Shown: piece by piece, positions 49,477 to 59,513 of the stretch | Numbering within the stretch: position 1 is the first letter of the stretch | Layout of the letters: each line of letters starts with the position of its first letter | Source of the DNA: an uncultured Desulfurococcales archaeon | GTDB lineage: Archaea > Thermoproteota > Thermoprotei_A > EX4484-217-1 | Direction of reading: 5' to 3' | Length of the DNA stretch: 64,000 bases | Assembly (NCBI GenBank): GCA_964406965.1 | Contig: CAYOTT010000005.1 | Location: 54,878-118,877, forward strand | The notes under the pieces: generated by a model | The model's database searches: none | Seen by the model: only the letters and a program-made list of their open reading frames with translations | Told to the model about the DNA's origin: nothing | Translations under genes and position numbers: made by a program

Positions 49477-50619
49477 TTATTCACCAATTTCCTCCTTTAA
49501 CCACATAAATTCGCTAGCCGGAGTAATTATGTACATTACATCTTCGGGTTCACTAAACATCACTAGGTTTTCTAAAACTTTTTCCGAATTCATTAGCCTA
49601 TAATTAGGTGATGCTGCCTTAAATAATGTAATATAAGCATTTCTCCCAATACTTAAGCTTTCAGATGAAATACCTAGTATTTCCGAAGAACCATGAAGAA
49701 CAGTCTTAAATAACTCCCTAACTGATGTTTTGAAGTCCCAATAACTGCTTCTAACGAATCTTAATAACTCCCTAAGTTCGTCAAAGAGGAATCCTGAAGA
49801 ACATGTTAAAGAACATGATCCCAACGCGAACATTATTTTCTCTTTAATAAATTCTTTAGCTGGAGGAAACCCTCCAGGTGAATGTAAAAGGCTGCATTGA
49901 GGTGTTAAGATTACTTTAGCGTTTGAAGCCTTAATTAACTCTATTTCTCTACTAGTTATCCATTCAACACCTACTAAAACGACATTTTCCTTTAGCCCAT
50001 TAATTTTTTCAAGATAGCTTACTTGGAAATCTCCGTACTCCCTCTTAAACTGGAAAACTTCGTTTCTAGTATTTGCTATGTGTATTGAAACTAATGAGCC
50101 ACTATTTTCTCTTACTATTTCAGAGAATTCTTCAGGAGTAAATGTTCTTAGAGAATCTACATGTATGAATTTCTCTTTACCAAAGCCTTTTTCCCTAAAA
50201 CTCTTAACTAAGTATCTCCCTTTAAAAATAATGGGTAAGCTCTTCTTCCTTAAGCGTAAGTTTTCCGGGTTAGGGTCCAAGGTTAAAAGAGCTGTTAAAC
50301 CATTTTTCACAAGGAACTTTTCAAGAACCTCCATGTTGAATGAAGAAACGGGGTTTTCTAAAAGCATGCTCCACAACTTTAACCAGTCACAGTCAAGGAA
50401 CATTCCCCTATAATTGTAAGTAAATAAATGTGTATGAGCATCAACCATTCCAGGTACTGCTACCATTTTCGAGCAATCAATTAATGGTTCTCCCTGTTCT
50501 CTTACAATATCCTTGCCTATTTCAGCAATTCTTCCTTCTAGAATTCTTATGTCAATGTTTTCCATAATGAACGTGCCTTCTAGATTCAATATAGCGTATC
50601 TGCAATTCTTAAGTATCAT
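49477..50619 (-). CDS. Amidohydrolase-superfamily protein (MTA/SAH-deaminase-like, degenerate)
   Basis: PGMVDAHTH retained; later metal-ligand positions altered (HIANT, VLVGV, LGSCS). Confidence 0.7.
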   Translation of the reverse strand: MILKNCRYAILNLEGTFIMENIDIRILEGRIAEIGKDIVREQGEPLIDCSKMVAVPGMVDAHTHLFTYNYRGMFLDCDWLKLWSMLLENPVSSFNMEVLEKFLVKNGLTALLTLDPNPENLRLRKKSLPIIFKGRYLVKSFREKGFGKEKFIHVDSLRTFTPEEFSEIVRENSGSLVSIHIANTRNEVFQFKREYGDFQVSYLEKINGLKENVVLVGVEWITSREIELIKASNAKVILTPQCSLLHSPGGFPPAKEFIKEKIMFALGSCSLTCSSGFLFDELRELLRFVRSSYWDFKTSVRELFKTVLHGSSEILGISSESLSIGRNAYITLFKAASPNYRLMNSEKVLENLVMFSEPEDVMYIITPASEFMWLKEEIGE

Positions 50620-51311
50620 TTTCTTATCAACTCTATTTTCTCTACAACATATTTTCCTTCAAACTCTGATACTATGATTTTTCTTCCATAAACTTTAAGT
50701 TTATACTTAAATAATGGGGCATCAATTACGAATGTTTCTGCTTCGCCGCCTTCAAAAGCGGGGTTAAATCCATACTTTTTAGCTCTATAAATTATTTCAT
50801 CAACATTTTCCTCATCAATAACTTTACCTAGAAATTTAAGAGGCAGACCATAAGCCTTTATTTCTATTATTAATGCTTTAATACCATGTTTAACTAAGTC
50901 TCTAATGTATTCTTCTTGGTTTTTACGCCAAAGTGGACTATAAACCGCTAATCCCAGTTCTTCAGCAACAAAATTAATGTTCATTCTTTGATAATCTGAA
51001 AGAAGAGCCCCTGTAACAACAGCTTCAATACCGTATCTTTCCATAGCTAACTCTAGTGCTTTTCTAAATTCTTTAAGTTCTTCACCTTTAATACCGGAAG
51101 TCTCAACTCTTATTTGTGGTAGCTCCAACGCTTTTGCTTGATACTCCGTATAATCTATCATTGGATAGTGGAACATCCATGAATTCTCTCTTTTCGGTTT
51201 TAACGTTACTAAGCATTTAATGTTGAAGCCTTTAAAGAATGCTAAATGCAACGCATAATTACTATCCTTACCTCCAGAATATAGTGAACATGCTTTCAAC
51301 TGGTAAAGCAC
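50616..51311 (-). CDS. dph6: Diphthine--ammonia ligase (Dph6)
   Basis: YSGGKDS, SWMFH, GALLSDYQ, PLW, EGGEAETFVIDAPLF. Confidence 0.92.
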   Translation of the reverse strand: MLYQLKACSLYSGGKDSNYALHLAFFKGFNIKCLVTLKPKRENSWMFHYPMIDYTEYQAKALELPQIRVETSGIKGEELKEFRKALELAMERYGIEAVVTGALLSDYQRMNINFVAEELGLAVYSPLWRKNQEEYIRDLVKHGIKALIIEIKAYGLPLKFLGKVIDEENVDEIIYRAKKYGFNPAFEGGEAETFVIDAPLFKYKLKVYGRKIIVSEFEGKYVVEKIELIRK

Positions 51312-51387
51312 CTTAGTGTTTTTCTGAAATATTCTTTAAGAAACCTAATTATATTTGCTCGTTTTCTCTTACACATAGCGGAAATTC

Positions 51388-52641
51388 ATGAACTATGAGG
51401 GATTAGCTATGTTATCTGCTGAAGAGTTACTGCTAAGTCTTATGTTGGCTTTAGCGTTAGCTATGATTGTAGGTAAGCTCTTTGAAGAACTATTTGCTAG
51501 GCTAAAATTTCCCCCCGTAATAGGAGATTTAGTAGCTGGTTTAATCCTAGGAACAGCCTTGCTGAATATTTTCCCTATAAACGATACAGTCAAGGTTATC
51601 GGATGGTTTGGAGTTGCAATTCTCCTATTTTATGCAGGTCTCGAAACACGCTATAGAGATTTTATGAAGAATCTGAAACTTTACGGAATAATAACTATCG
51701 GTGAAGCTATTGCAGCATTCGCAATAGGCTACCTTATAGGGATAGCTTTCGGCTACCCGCCTAAATCAGCATATTTCATAGGTGCTGTTTTAGAAGTTAC
51801 AAGCATTAGCGTTACGGTAAGAACGCTTATAGAAATAGATAAGCTAGGCACCCCTGAAGGATACACAATACTTGGTGTTGCTGTTTTAGACGACTTAGTA
51901 GCGTTAATAACAATAGTTGCTGAAGCAGCCTTCATAACTACAGGAAGGTTCGGCATAATTGTTCTAGCAAAAACAGCTACCTTAGCCTTCCTTTTCTAGA
52001 TTGTAACGGTCTTAATATTGCATAAATTATCAAGTAAAATAATGTCATTAGCTTTCAAAATGCATATTGAAGAAGCTTTATCCTCGATTCTCTTAGGAAT
52101 ATTTGCTCTATCAGCTTATTTAACAAAGTACTTCGGCTTATCACCTTTAGTTGCAGCTTATGCAACAGGTTTAGCTTTTTCGGAAGCTAGAGGTATTAGA
52201 AGAGTTTCTGAAAGAATGCGTTTTCTATCAATGATATTTTCCATAATATTCTTTATGATTACAGCTGCTGAACTAGATATTAAGCGAACCATTAATTTTA
52301 ACTATTTACCATTTTACCTAGCTATGTTAGGCAGTGCTTTTCTAGGTAAAACTTTCGGTGGAGGATTAACTTCATTTCTCATAGGATACCCTGCTTTAGC
52401 CTCTTTACGTGTAGCTTTTGGATTATTTCCGAGAGCAGAATTCTGCATAATAGCAGCTTATATGGGATATTCATATGGCATTCTAGGTGCAGAAGCATAT
52501 TTAGCAGCATTACTTATAGTCTTAGTAACGAACTTTATAACACCACCCCTTCTAAAGTATGTTTTTGAACATGGACCTCCAACTAAGCATATTGAGTTTC
52601 GCTGGAGAAAACTTATATGTAGAAGGGGGAGGCGAAAATGA
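51388..52641 (+). pseudogene. CPA2 cation:proton antiporter interrupted by one in-frame TAG
   Basis: ORFs 51388-51999 and 52018-52641 are in the same frame; TAG at 51997-51999 lies within a TM helix; VTSISVT and VLDD before it, PRAEF after it. Confidence 0.85.
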
Positions 52642-53177
52642 GGGACTATGGAAGCGGCAAGATTATTCTTAAGAAATTCTACTCAGCGCTTGAGGAAGTT
52701 TTAAAGATGAAAATAGAGAACTTTCTTGAGCAACATAAAGACATCTTACCTAAATTTGAAGTTGTACATGAAAACGAAAGCGTTGAAGAAGTCCTTAAAC
52801 ATCTTAAAGAGGATAAACATTACATAATAGTTATTGACAAGAAAGGTAAAATGAGAGGCATAATAACATACATAGATTTTATGATAATGTTCGGTAAGAA
52901 GAGAACAACAGCCTTATTTGCCCCATTTTCGTCGGTAACAAGGTCGCTTAAAAGAGCACATATGCCGCTTAAAACTCTCGCTGAACTCAAGGCTTCAGAT
53001 ATTATGAACATTGCACCACCACATGTTTGGAATCATTCCAAAGTAGAGGATGCGTTAAACAATATGAGTAAAACAGGGAATAACTTCGCAGTAGTTATAG
53101 CGAAGAGGGAAAAGGTAGTAGGCATTATTACAGCTCACGCTATTTTTAGAGCTATAATTCGTAAAGCTGAACTGTAA
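52638..53177 (+). CDS. CBS-pair protein
   Basis: RGIITYIDF, ASDIM, VVGIITAH; overlaps the antiporter stop (ATGA). Confidence 0.85.
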   Translation: MRDYGSGKIILKKFYSALEEVLKMKIENFLEQHKDILPKFEVVHENESVEEVLKHLKEDKHYIIVIDKKGKMRGIITYIDFMIMFGKKRTTALFAPFSSVTRSLKRAHMPLKTLAELKASDIMNIAPPHVWNHSKVEDALNNMSKTGNNFAVVIAKREKVVGIITAHAIFRAIIRKAEL

Positions 53178-53196
53178 AGGAGAATAAGCTCACTAC

Positions 53197-53607
53197 CTAC
53201 AGGATTTTGATGTTACGTATACTTTTTAATGCTAATAGCTTAGCTGTTTTAACAGTTCCAGGTGCAAGCTCTGGAATATGCTTCGTTTTTAAAACGACAG
53301 CTTCTATACTTTCTTTACCTCTAATATGAGCAATATATGCTCTTGCATGTCCATCAACTATATAATACTTTCCTCCAAACTCCAACACTACTATAGGATT
53401 AGTAAACTCCCTTTCTTTCATTAACGTTCTAACCTTTGATTTCTCAATAAATGGCTGTGTTGGAACAAGTTCATCAGTATATACCCTCCCATATTTTACG
53501 AGAACACTTTTTCCATAGATTCTTCTATAATACTCAACGTACTTAACTATAGTTTTCCAGTAATCATACTCTCTAGGTAAGTGCTCATTAGTGGTTATTA
53601 TTTCCAT
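53197..53607 (-). CDS. ParB/Sulfiredoxin-fold protein
   Basis: LVPTQ, NPIVV, YYIVDGHARA. Confidence 0.8.
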   Translation of the reverse strand: MEIITTNEHLPREYDYWKTIVKYVEYYRRIYGKSVLVKYGRVYTDELVPTQPFIEKSKVRTLMKEREFTNPIVVLEFGGKYYIVDGHARAYIAHIRGKESIEAVVLKTKHIPELAPGTVKTAKLLALKSIRNIKIL

Positions 53608-53966
53608 AGAGTTCCAAGTATACTTAAACCTCGGATAATAGTTTTAAAAAATATTCTAAACGCTTTAACACTTGAGTGCCCAGAAATATATTTAGCATAA
53701 CATCTATGATGTCCGTCAATAACGAAGTACTCACTACCTGTCGTAATAGCTACTATTGGTAAATCATAATTCTCGATAAGGGTTTTCTTAAGGACAATTG
53801 CTAACTTCTCTAGTTCAAGAAATTTTTCAGTAGCGTAGAGTTTAGGAAAACTTATTGATGTTTCGATGTAACTTAGTTTAACGCTATATATTTGCTCAAA
53901 ACTCCTTATAATTGATTTTAATCTTTCAAAAGCTTCTTTATATGATGAAACAACACGTACTGTCAA
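53598..53966 (-). CDS. ParB/Sulfiredoxin-fold protein
   Basis: LYATE, LPIVA, YFVIDGHHRC. Confidence 0.8.
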   Translation of the reverse strand: MTVRVVSSYKEAFERLKSIIRSFEQIYSVKLSYIETSISFPKLYATEKFLELEKLAIVLKKTLIENYDLPIVAITTGSEYFVIDGHHRCYAKYISGHSSVKAFRIFFKTIIRGLSILGTLWK

Positions 53967-54766
53967 CTTCTTCTCTCAACTTTATTCTTTAAAATTTCCA
54001 CTATTTTACCTATTCTTTCAGCTACTTCAGTTTCTAAAAGCTTTTCTGGAGCATTTTCATCGAGGGCCTTAGCTATTTTGAAGTCAAATGGTATTTCAAT
54101 AACATATTCTATATTGTATTTATTAGCTAGTGAAAATACATTACCTTCCCCCATGATGAAAGCTCTTTCACCAGCAATTACGTAATATGCCATGTTGTTT
54201 ATAAGCGCTAGAACGGGAACTTTAAGGTCACTAAATAATCTAATGGCCCTTTCAACAACGCTTAATGAAATTCTTGAAGGTATTGTTACTATCAAAGCCC
54301 CCCTACTTCCATTAATGCTTTCTACAGAAGTTAATGTTTCATCACCTGTTCCGGGAGGTAAATCAACAACTAGGAAGTCTAAAGAACCCCAATTAGTTAT
54401 TGCTAGTAACTCCTTGATTGCATTAGTTTTTGCTTTACCTCTTAAGGGAATTGCTTCATTTTTCGCAAAGAAACCTATGGACATTACTTTTACTCCTAAG
54501 GTCTCAGGAGGCACCAGCCCCTTCTTACTCTCCTCAGGCTCAGTATTTTCTAAACCTAAAATTTCAGGAATCACTGGGCCATGAAGATCTAGGTCTAGAA
54601 GTCCAACATTAAATCCTTCTCTAGAAAGCTTAAGAGCTAAAATAGCTGAAATAGTTGATTTTCCAACACCACCTTTACCACTCCCTATAAGCACAGTATA
54701 TTTTATGTTCCTAAATCTTTCCTTAATAATTGCATCTCTAGGATCATAGAATTCCATGATAACCAC
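53963..54766 (-). CDS. Mrp/NBP35-family ATPase, likely ATP-type hydrogenase maturation factor HypB
   Basis: SGKGGVGKS, DLDLHGP, VDLPPGTGD; lacks the ApbC C-terminal CxxC; directly follows hypA. Confidence 0.8.
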   Translation of the reverse strand: MVIMEFYDPRDAIIKERFRNIKYTVLIGSGKGGVGKSTISAILALKLSREGFNVGLLDLDLHGPVIPEILGLENTEPEESKKGLVPPETLGVKVMSIGFFAKNEAIPLRGKAKTNAIKELLAITNWGSLDFLVVDLPPGTGDETLTSVESINGSRGALIVTIPSRISLSVVERAIRLFSDLKVPVLALINNMAYYVIAGERAFIMGEGNVFSLANKYNIEYVIEIPFDFKIAKALDENAPEKLLETEVAERIGKIVEILKNKVERRS

Positions 54767-54769
54767 CGC

Positions 54770-55204
54770 TTATTTTATGAAATCTATTTTAGCTATGTAA
54801 ACCCCTCTTCCCTTCACTACTTCAAAATCCGGGCTTCCACACTTAGGGCATTTTACAAACGAGTTTACTAAATCGGGAACATAATGTACGGGATTGTCAC
54901 ATTCTTTATCTGATGATCCACAAAACACTTCATTAATTCTCTTTTTCACATTAGTAAAGTTCCATGTAAAACCGCAGCTTAAGCATTTAAAAACCGCTTC
55001 TTCAATTTCAAAAAGAAACTCAGCATTCTTAAGGACATCATAATCTCTTTTAAGCTCATTAGTAGCTGATTTTAAGATCTCTAATTCTAACTGAGAAAGC
55101 TCACCTACCTTCACATAGACCTTAACAACCTTTGAAGCCCCATGTTCTTGAGCTATTTTAGCTGATGAAACAACTATGCTTTCGGCAATACTCCATTCAT
55201 GCAA
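54770..55204 (-). CDS. hypA: Hydrogenase nickel incorporation protein HypA
   Basis: MHEWSIA, CLSC...HY.P...CPKC, DFEVVKGRG. Confidence 0.93.
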   Translation of the reverse strand: MHEWSIAESIVVSSAKIAQEHGASKVVKVYVKVGELSQLELEILKSATNELKRDYDVLKNAEFLFEIEEAVFKCLSCGFTWNFTNVKKRINEVFCGSSDKECDNPVHYVPDLVNSFVKCPKCGSPDFEVVKGRGVYIAKIDFIK

Positions 55205-55356
55205 AACATGTACACCCTACCGAAAAACTAGTATCATAGAAAATAAAGCTTTAGCTACAATACGATATAGGGTTTAACTACGCAATTAAGCTCTAAGAGC
55301 AAACTATTTATTCTCCTTCAAAGGCTAACTTGGTTAAGGGTAAGGTGAGCAAGTGC

Positions 55357-55666
55357 ATGCCTAATGAATGCAAAGAGTTAAGCATAGGATTTAATGATAA
55401 AATGTTTTACGCTAAAGTTTGCGGTAAAAGAGTAGTAAAGGCTTCTTTACGAAATAGATAATGACGTTTTTCACATAATATCAACATACACGCTTAGAGC
55501 ATTTAGGGGCAAAGGTTTAGCATCTAAAGTCGTGAAGAAAGCACTAGAATATGCTTTAGAGAGAAAATTTAGAAAACTTAAGGTTTCATGTAGCTTCGTA
55601 AAAAAATGGTTAGAAAAACACCCTGAATTTAAAGATAAATTTGAAGAAATAATTTTTCTAGCCTAG
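55357..55666 (+). pseudogene. Small GNAT acetyltransferase (YjdJ/Acetyltransf_CG-like), frameshifted
   Basis: MPNECKELSIGFNDKMFYAKVCGKRVV, then an extra A near 55437-55439, then RLLYEIDNDVFHIISTYTLRAFRGKGLASKVV...SCSFVKKWLEKHPE. Confidence 0.75.
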
Positions 55667-55750
55667 AATAATAGTATTTTCTTTAATTTCAGTTATGGGA
55701 AATCGTTAAATACATTTTACCTAACCTAATTACCGGTAAGGTGTTTACTT

Positions 55751-57628
55751 TTGAAAATAGAACGTATCATAGGGGTTTTTGAAAGAGAATTTTCTTCAAA
55801 GAAAGCTATGGAGCACGTTTACGAAATAAGTAAGTATCATAGAATTCAAGGATCACAGGGACTCATAGATGCAGGCAACTATATAGCGAAGGAAGTTAAA
55901 GCTTATGGTTTAAATGTTAGGAAAATTACGTTTAAATACGACGGTATTTCAAAGTTTTACGGCTTTACAGCACCTATGGGATGGGATATTAAGGATGCTT
56001 GGTTAAAAATTGTTAAGCCATATGAAAAACTTGTTTCAACTTTTAGAGAAATTCCTACAATGGTTATATCGCATTCTCCTGGAACAAAGGGGGAGGTTAT
56101 TGAAGGAGAAATAGTCTATATAGGCTCTTGGAGACCCAGTGTTTTCCGCAAAATTAACGTTTCAGATAAGTTTGTTTTAGTCTCCGAAAGACCCTACAAT
56201 GTATTTATTGAAGCTGCTAAAGCTGGGGCTAAGGGAATAATTGTTTTTAAGAGAAACTCTCCTGAACCAAATGCTGTACCCTACTTCGGCCTGTTTCTTA
56301 GTAGGAAGGAGGCGAGAAAATACTCTAAAACAGTTGCTCTAGCTATTTCAGAAAGGGTAGCTAATGAAATAGTATCGGCTGTGGAGAAGGGAAGAAAAGT
56401 TGTTGTTGAAACCTTTATTGACGCTGACTACAGGGTTAAGCAAGGATTCTCCATAGTTGCCGAAATCGAAGGCGAAATGGATAAGTACGTTGGATACATA
56501 GCACATTACTGCCATCCATCTCCCGGAGCAAACGATAATGCATCAGGTTCAGCAACATTACTTGAAATATCTAGAACTTTGATAAACATTTATGAGAGAA
56601 AATGTTTAGATAGAGGAGAATTAGGGTTCAGATTTATTTGGGTTCCAGAATACACGGGAACATTAGCGCTTCTTCAGAAAGAGCCTTCCGCAATTGAGCA
56701 ACTGGAGTTCCTAATAAATTTAGACATGGTTGGTGAAGCTCAGGAAAAAACAGGTTCAACATTTAACATAATTAAAACACCTCTCACATTACCTCACTTT
56801 GGAAGCGAGCTTGCCGAAGCAATCGTAGATACTGTTTTTAAAAGAGAACGAACATTTAGCGGTTCAACAAGGCTTCCTGTTGTTAAATATGCTTTTACAG
56901 AATACTCTGTAGGAAGCGACCACGATATAGGTAATTTCGCCAAGAAACCGTCAATCATGTTTAATCAATGGCCAGATAAATATTACCATACACATATGGA
57001 TACCCCGGATAAGGTAAGTTCTCTTTCCCTGAAATTAGCTGGGGTTTCAGCATTAACCTTAGGCTACACTATTTCATCTAAAACAGTAGATAAGAGAGTA
57101 GTTAGTTTGGTACACGCATATCTTATGAAGAATTACTATGAGAAACTTGTAAGAATTTTAAAAAGCACTAATAAAGTAGATACTTTGAAAAACATATTCA
57201 CAAAACACTACCTCACCTATGCTTTAAAAACATTAGATACCTTATGTACTAGGTGGAAACATACATGTAATGAGGTTATGAAGGTTAAGAAAAATGTTTT
57301 AGCAAAGCTACGGTATAGAAAGGTTAAGATAAAAACTTCTAAGAATTTATCAGAGAAAACATTAAGGTTGAAAGTTAAGGAACTATTTAGCATGAAGAAA
57401 GCTTTTTCCGAAAAACCTAAGGTAGCAAAGGAGCTTACTTCGCTTATGGAGAAAAACAAAGCACTATTCTCGATAATATACAGCACTATAGTAGCTTTAA
57501 ATATTAATCCAAGAACATATCGCGAACTCTATGAAATCATGATTTCCGAGTACGGGTGGTTCGAAGAAAAGAATTATGCAAGAACGATTCGAGCACTTGT
57601 TAAGCTAGGTTTACTCGAAATTTCATAG
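55751..57628 (+). CDS. M28-family aminopeptidase-like protein (DUF4910) with PA domain
   Basis: HRIQGS, AHYCHPSPGANDNASG, PEYTGT, NLDMVG, SDH, YHTHMD. Confidence 0.88.
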   Translation: MKIERIIGVFEREFSSKKAMEHVYEISKYHRIQGSQGLIDAGNYIAKEVKAYGLNVRKITFKYDGISKFYGFTAPMGWDIKDAWLKIVKPYEKLVSTFREIPTMVISHSPGTKGEVIEGEIVYIGSWRPSVFRKINVSDKFVLVSERPYNVFIEAAKAGAKGIIVFKRNSPEPNAVPYFGLFLSRKEARKYSKTVALAISERVANEIVSAVEKGRKVVVETFIDADYRVKQGFSIVAEIEGEMDKYVGYIAHYCHPSPGANDNASGSATLLEISRTLINIYERKCLDRGELGFRFIWVPEYTGTLALLQKEPSAIEQLEFLINLDMVGEAQEKTGSTFNIIKTPLTLPHFGSELAEAIVDTVFKRERTFSGSTRLPVVKYAFTEYSVGSDHDIGNFAKKPSIMFNQWPDKYYHTHMDTPDKVSSLSLKLAGVSALTLGYTISSKTVDKRVVSLVHAYLMKNYYEKLVRILKSTNKVDTLKNIFTKHYLTYALKTLDTLCTRWKHTCNEVMKVKKNVLAKLRYRKVKIKTSKNLSEKTLRLKVKELFSMKKAFSEKPKVAKELTSLMEKNKALFSIIYSTIVALNINPRTYRELYEIMISEYGWFEEKNYARTIRALVKLGLLEIS

Positions 57629-57705
57629 AGTATTTGCGGGAAAAACTAATATAAGAGCTATAATGCTAAAGTGAGGCTAGGTGAGCATTATTAATACCAA
57701 CGTTC

Positions 57706-59130
57706 ATGGCAACACAGCATCCAGACAGCACGGTTAAAATAACTACGAAAGAAGAGGCTTCTGAAGCAGTTAACGCTATTACACCTCTTATCGATGGAGG
57801 TTTTGGATGTAATGAAATAATGGTTGATTATGAGGGAAAACTTACAGCATACCACCAACCCGAATGGATTGTTCAGGAAGCATATAAGAAAGGTTTTCTT
57901 GCAGGAAAAGACTTTTTAATAACAGTTAGAGCACCAAATGATATTTTAGAAAGCGAAAGCAGACATTTAATGACTTTAATGGCTGCTATATTGGCTAATT
58001 TAAAATCATCTAAACTCTACAACGAAGAAGCAGTCCACTACATAGTGCTGCCTATGACGGAGAATCCTAGAGACATAGTTAATGTTCAAAGAAAAATAAA
58101 TAAACTAAGGAGATTTGTGGAAGAAGAAGCAGGATATAAATCTAGAAAGGAAATACATGTTATACCTCTTTTTGAGCTCGTAAGAAAACATGTAAAAATA
58201 GATTACTTACTTGAAGCTGCAAGTGTCAGTTTAGTTAAGGAAATAGGGCACTTCACAGATGCCTTTAGAGTTTTTCTAGGGAAAAGCGATGCTTCACTTC
58301 ATTCAGGTCACGTTGCAAGCACATTATCTCTCAAGCTAGCATTAGCTAAGCTACATTACTGGGCTTCTGAAAACTATGTTAAAGTATATCCCATAATAGG
58401 TATGGGTAAGGCTCCTTTTAGAGGCCATTTAGCACCACATAACATTGAAAACTGGGTTAAAGAGTATAAAGGATACTCAACTGTAACAATACAGTCAGCC
58501 TTAAGATATAATACTTCAAGACCCGACTACGTAAAAACATATGTTACTTTAAGAGAACATTCAAATCAAGAAGCGTCAATAAACATTTTAAAGAGTTACC
58601 CTGAAGTAATGGCGTTAATTAAGAAGGCTGAAACCGCTTACCTAAAGAGACTTTCGAAAATAGCTGAAATTGTTTGGAATATCTCTCAGCAAATACCTCA
58701 AACAAGAGATAGAGTAACTGTTAAAGAATATAAGAGGAAACAAGGAGAAATAATTTTACCAAGAGCAATAAAGTTCGTAGCTTCAATGTATACCATGGGT
58801 TATCCACCGTCACTTCTGGGTTTAGGATTATTTCTAGATAAAACATGTAAAGGTAAAGCGGAAGAACTTGAGCTTCTCTTAAAAATTTATCCTTCACTAA
58901 TGAAGGATGTAAAGTTCGAAATGAAATACTATGTTCCTGAGGCATTTAAGAAATGGGTTGGTAAAGAAGCTAACGAGCTAATTTATGATGTAAGAAGAAC
59001 TATAGACATACTCGGCATAGATTATGATGAACCCCATGATAAATATCGTAAGTTAATAGTAGAGCTTACATCAAGAATAACTATGAGAAGCTTAGTTAAA
59101 GCTGCAGAGTTTAGAGGGTTTTTAGGTTAA
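57706..59130 (+). CDS. ppcA: Archaeal-type phosphoenolpyruvate carboxylase
   Basis: MATQHPD, DYEGK, IPLFE, RVFLGKSD, PFRGHL, TIQSA, LPRAI, C-terminal RGFLG; the true start may be a few codons upstream. Confidence 0.92.
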   Translation: MATQHPDSTVKITTKEEASEAVNAITPLIDGGFGCNEIMVDYEGKLTAYHQPEWIVQEAYKKGFLAGKDFLITVRAPNDILESESRHLMTLMAAILANLKSSKLYNEEAVHYIVLPMTENPRDIVNVQRKINKLRRFVEEEAGYKSRKEIHVIPLFELVRKHVKIDYLLEAASVSLVKEIGHFTDAFRVFLGKSDASLHSGHVASTLSLKLALAKLHYWASENYVKVYPIIGMGKAPFRGHLAPHNIENWVKEYKGYSTVTIQSALRYNTSRPDYVKTYVTLREHSNQEASINILKSYPEVMALIKKAETAYLKRLSKIAEIVWNISQQIPQTRDRVTVKEYKRKQGEIILPRAIKFVASMYTMGYPPSLLGLGLFLDKTCKGKAEELELLLKIYPSLMKDVKFEMKYYVPEAFKKWVGKEANELIYDVRRTIDILGIDYDEPHDKYRKLIVELTSRITMRSLVKAAEFRGFLG

Positions 59131-59210
59131 CTAATATTGTTATGTGAAAGAGAAAATCATAACGTTTTTACACTATTTTAACATCATTTACTTGTGAGGT
59201 AGAATATACT

Positions 59211-59480
59211 ATGGCTCGAAAGGCGAGTAAGTATAGTGGATTCGCACTTCTCACCATAGGATTAGTTCTCTTAGTAACCGTCTTCATATTAGCTTATATG
59301 GAATATAGGGGGGTTATTGTTCCGGAAATGAAGTCCCAAGAAGACATTATTTCATGGATTCTAAGTTGGGGAGTATATATCATTATGAAAATAGCATTTC
59401 TAGGAGTAATGGGTTGGATAGGATCCATAATAACATTGAGAGGAGTATCCCTTATAACATCAAGTGAAGAGCGATATTAA
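59211..59480 (+). CDS. Small two-TM membrane protein
   Basis: 89 aa, two hydrophobic helices, SD GAGGT. Confidence 0.7.
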   Translation: MARKASKYSGFALLTIGLVLLVTVFILAYMEYRGVIVPEMKSQEDIISWILSWGVYIIMKIAFLGVMGWIGSIITLRGVSLITSSEERY

Positions 59481-59513
59481 GGATAAAAAGACAAAACATA
59501 GCGGTGCATTTTA

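Noticed and set aside
51997..51999. Pyrrolysine or TAG reassignment
   Set aside because: TAG terminates other genes here (for example the pilin and the M28 peptidase), no pyl genes are visible, and a Trp-to-stop transition is simpler.
53197..54766. ParAB partition system
   Set aside because: The ATPase has Mrp signatures (DLPPGTGD) and follows hypA; the ParB-like proteins lack DNA-binding domains; no parS-like repeats seen.
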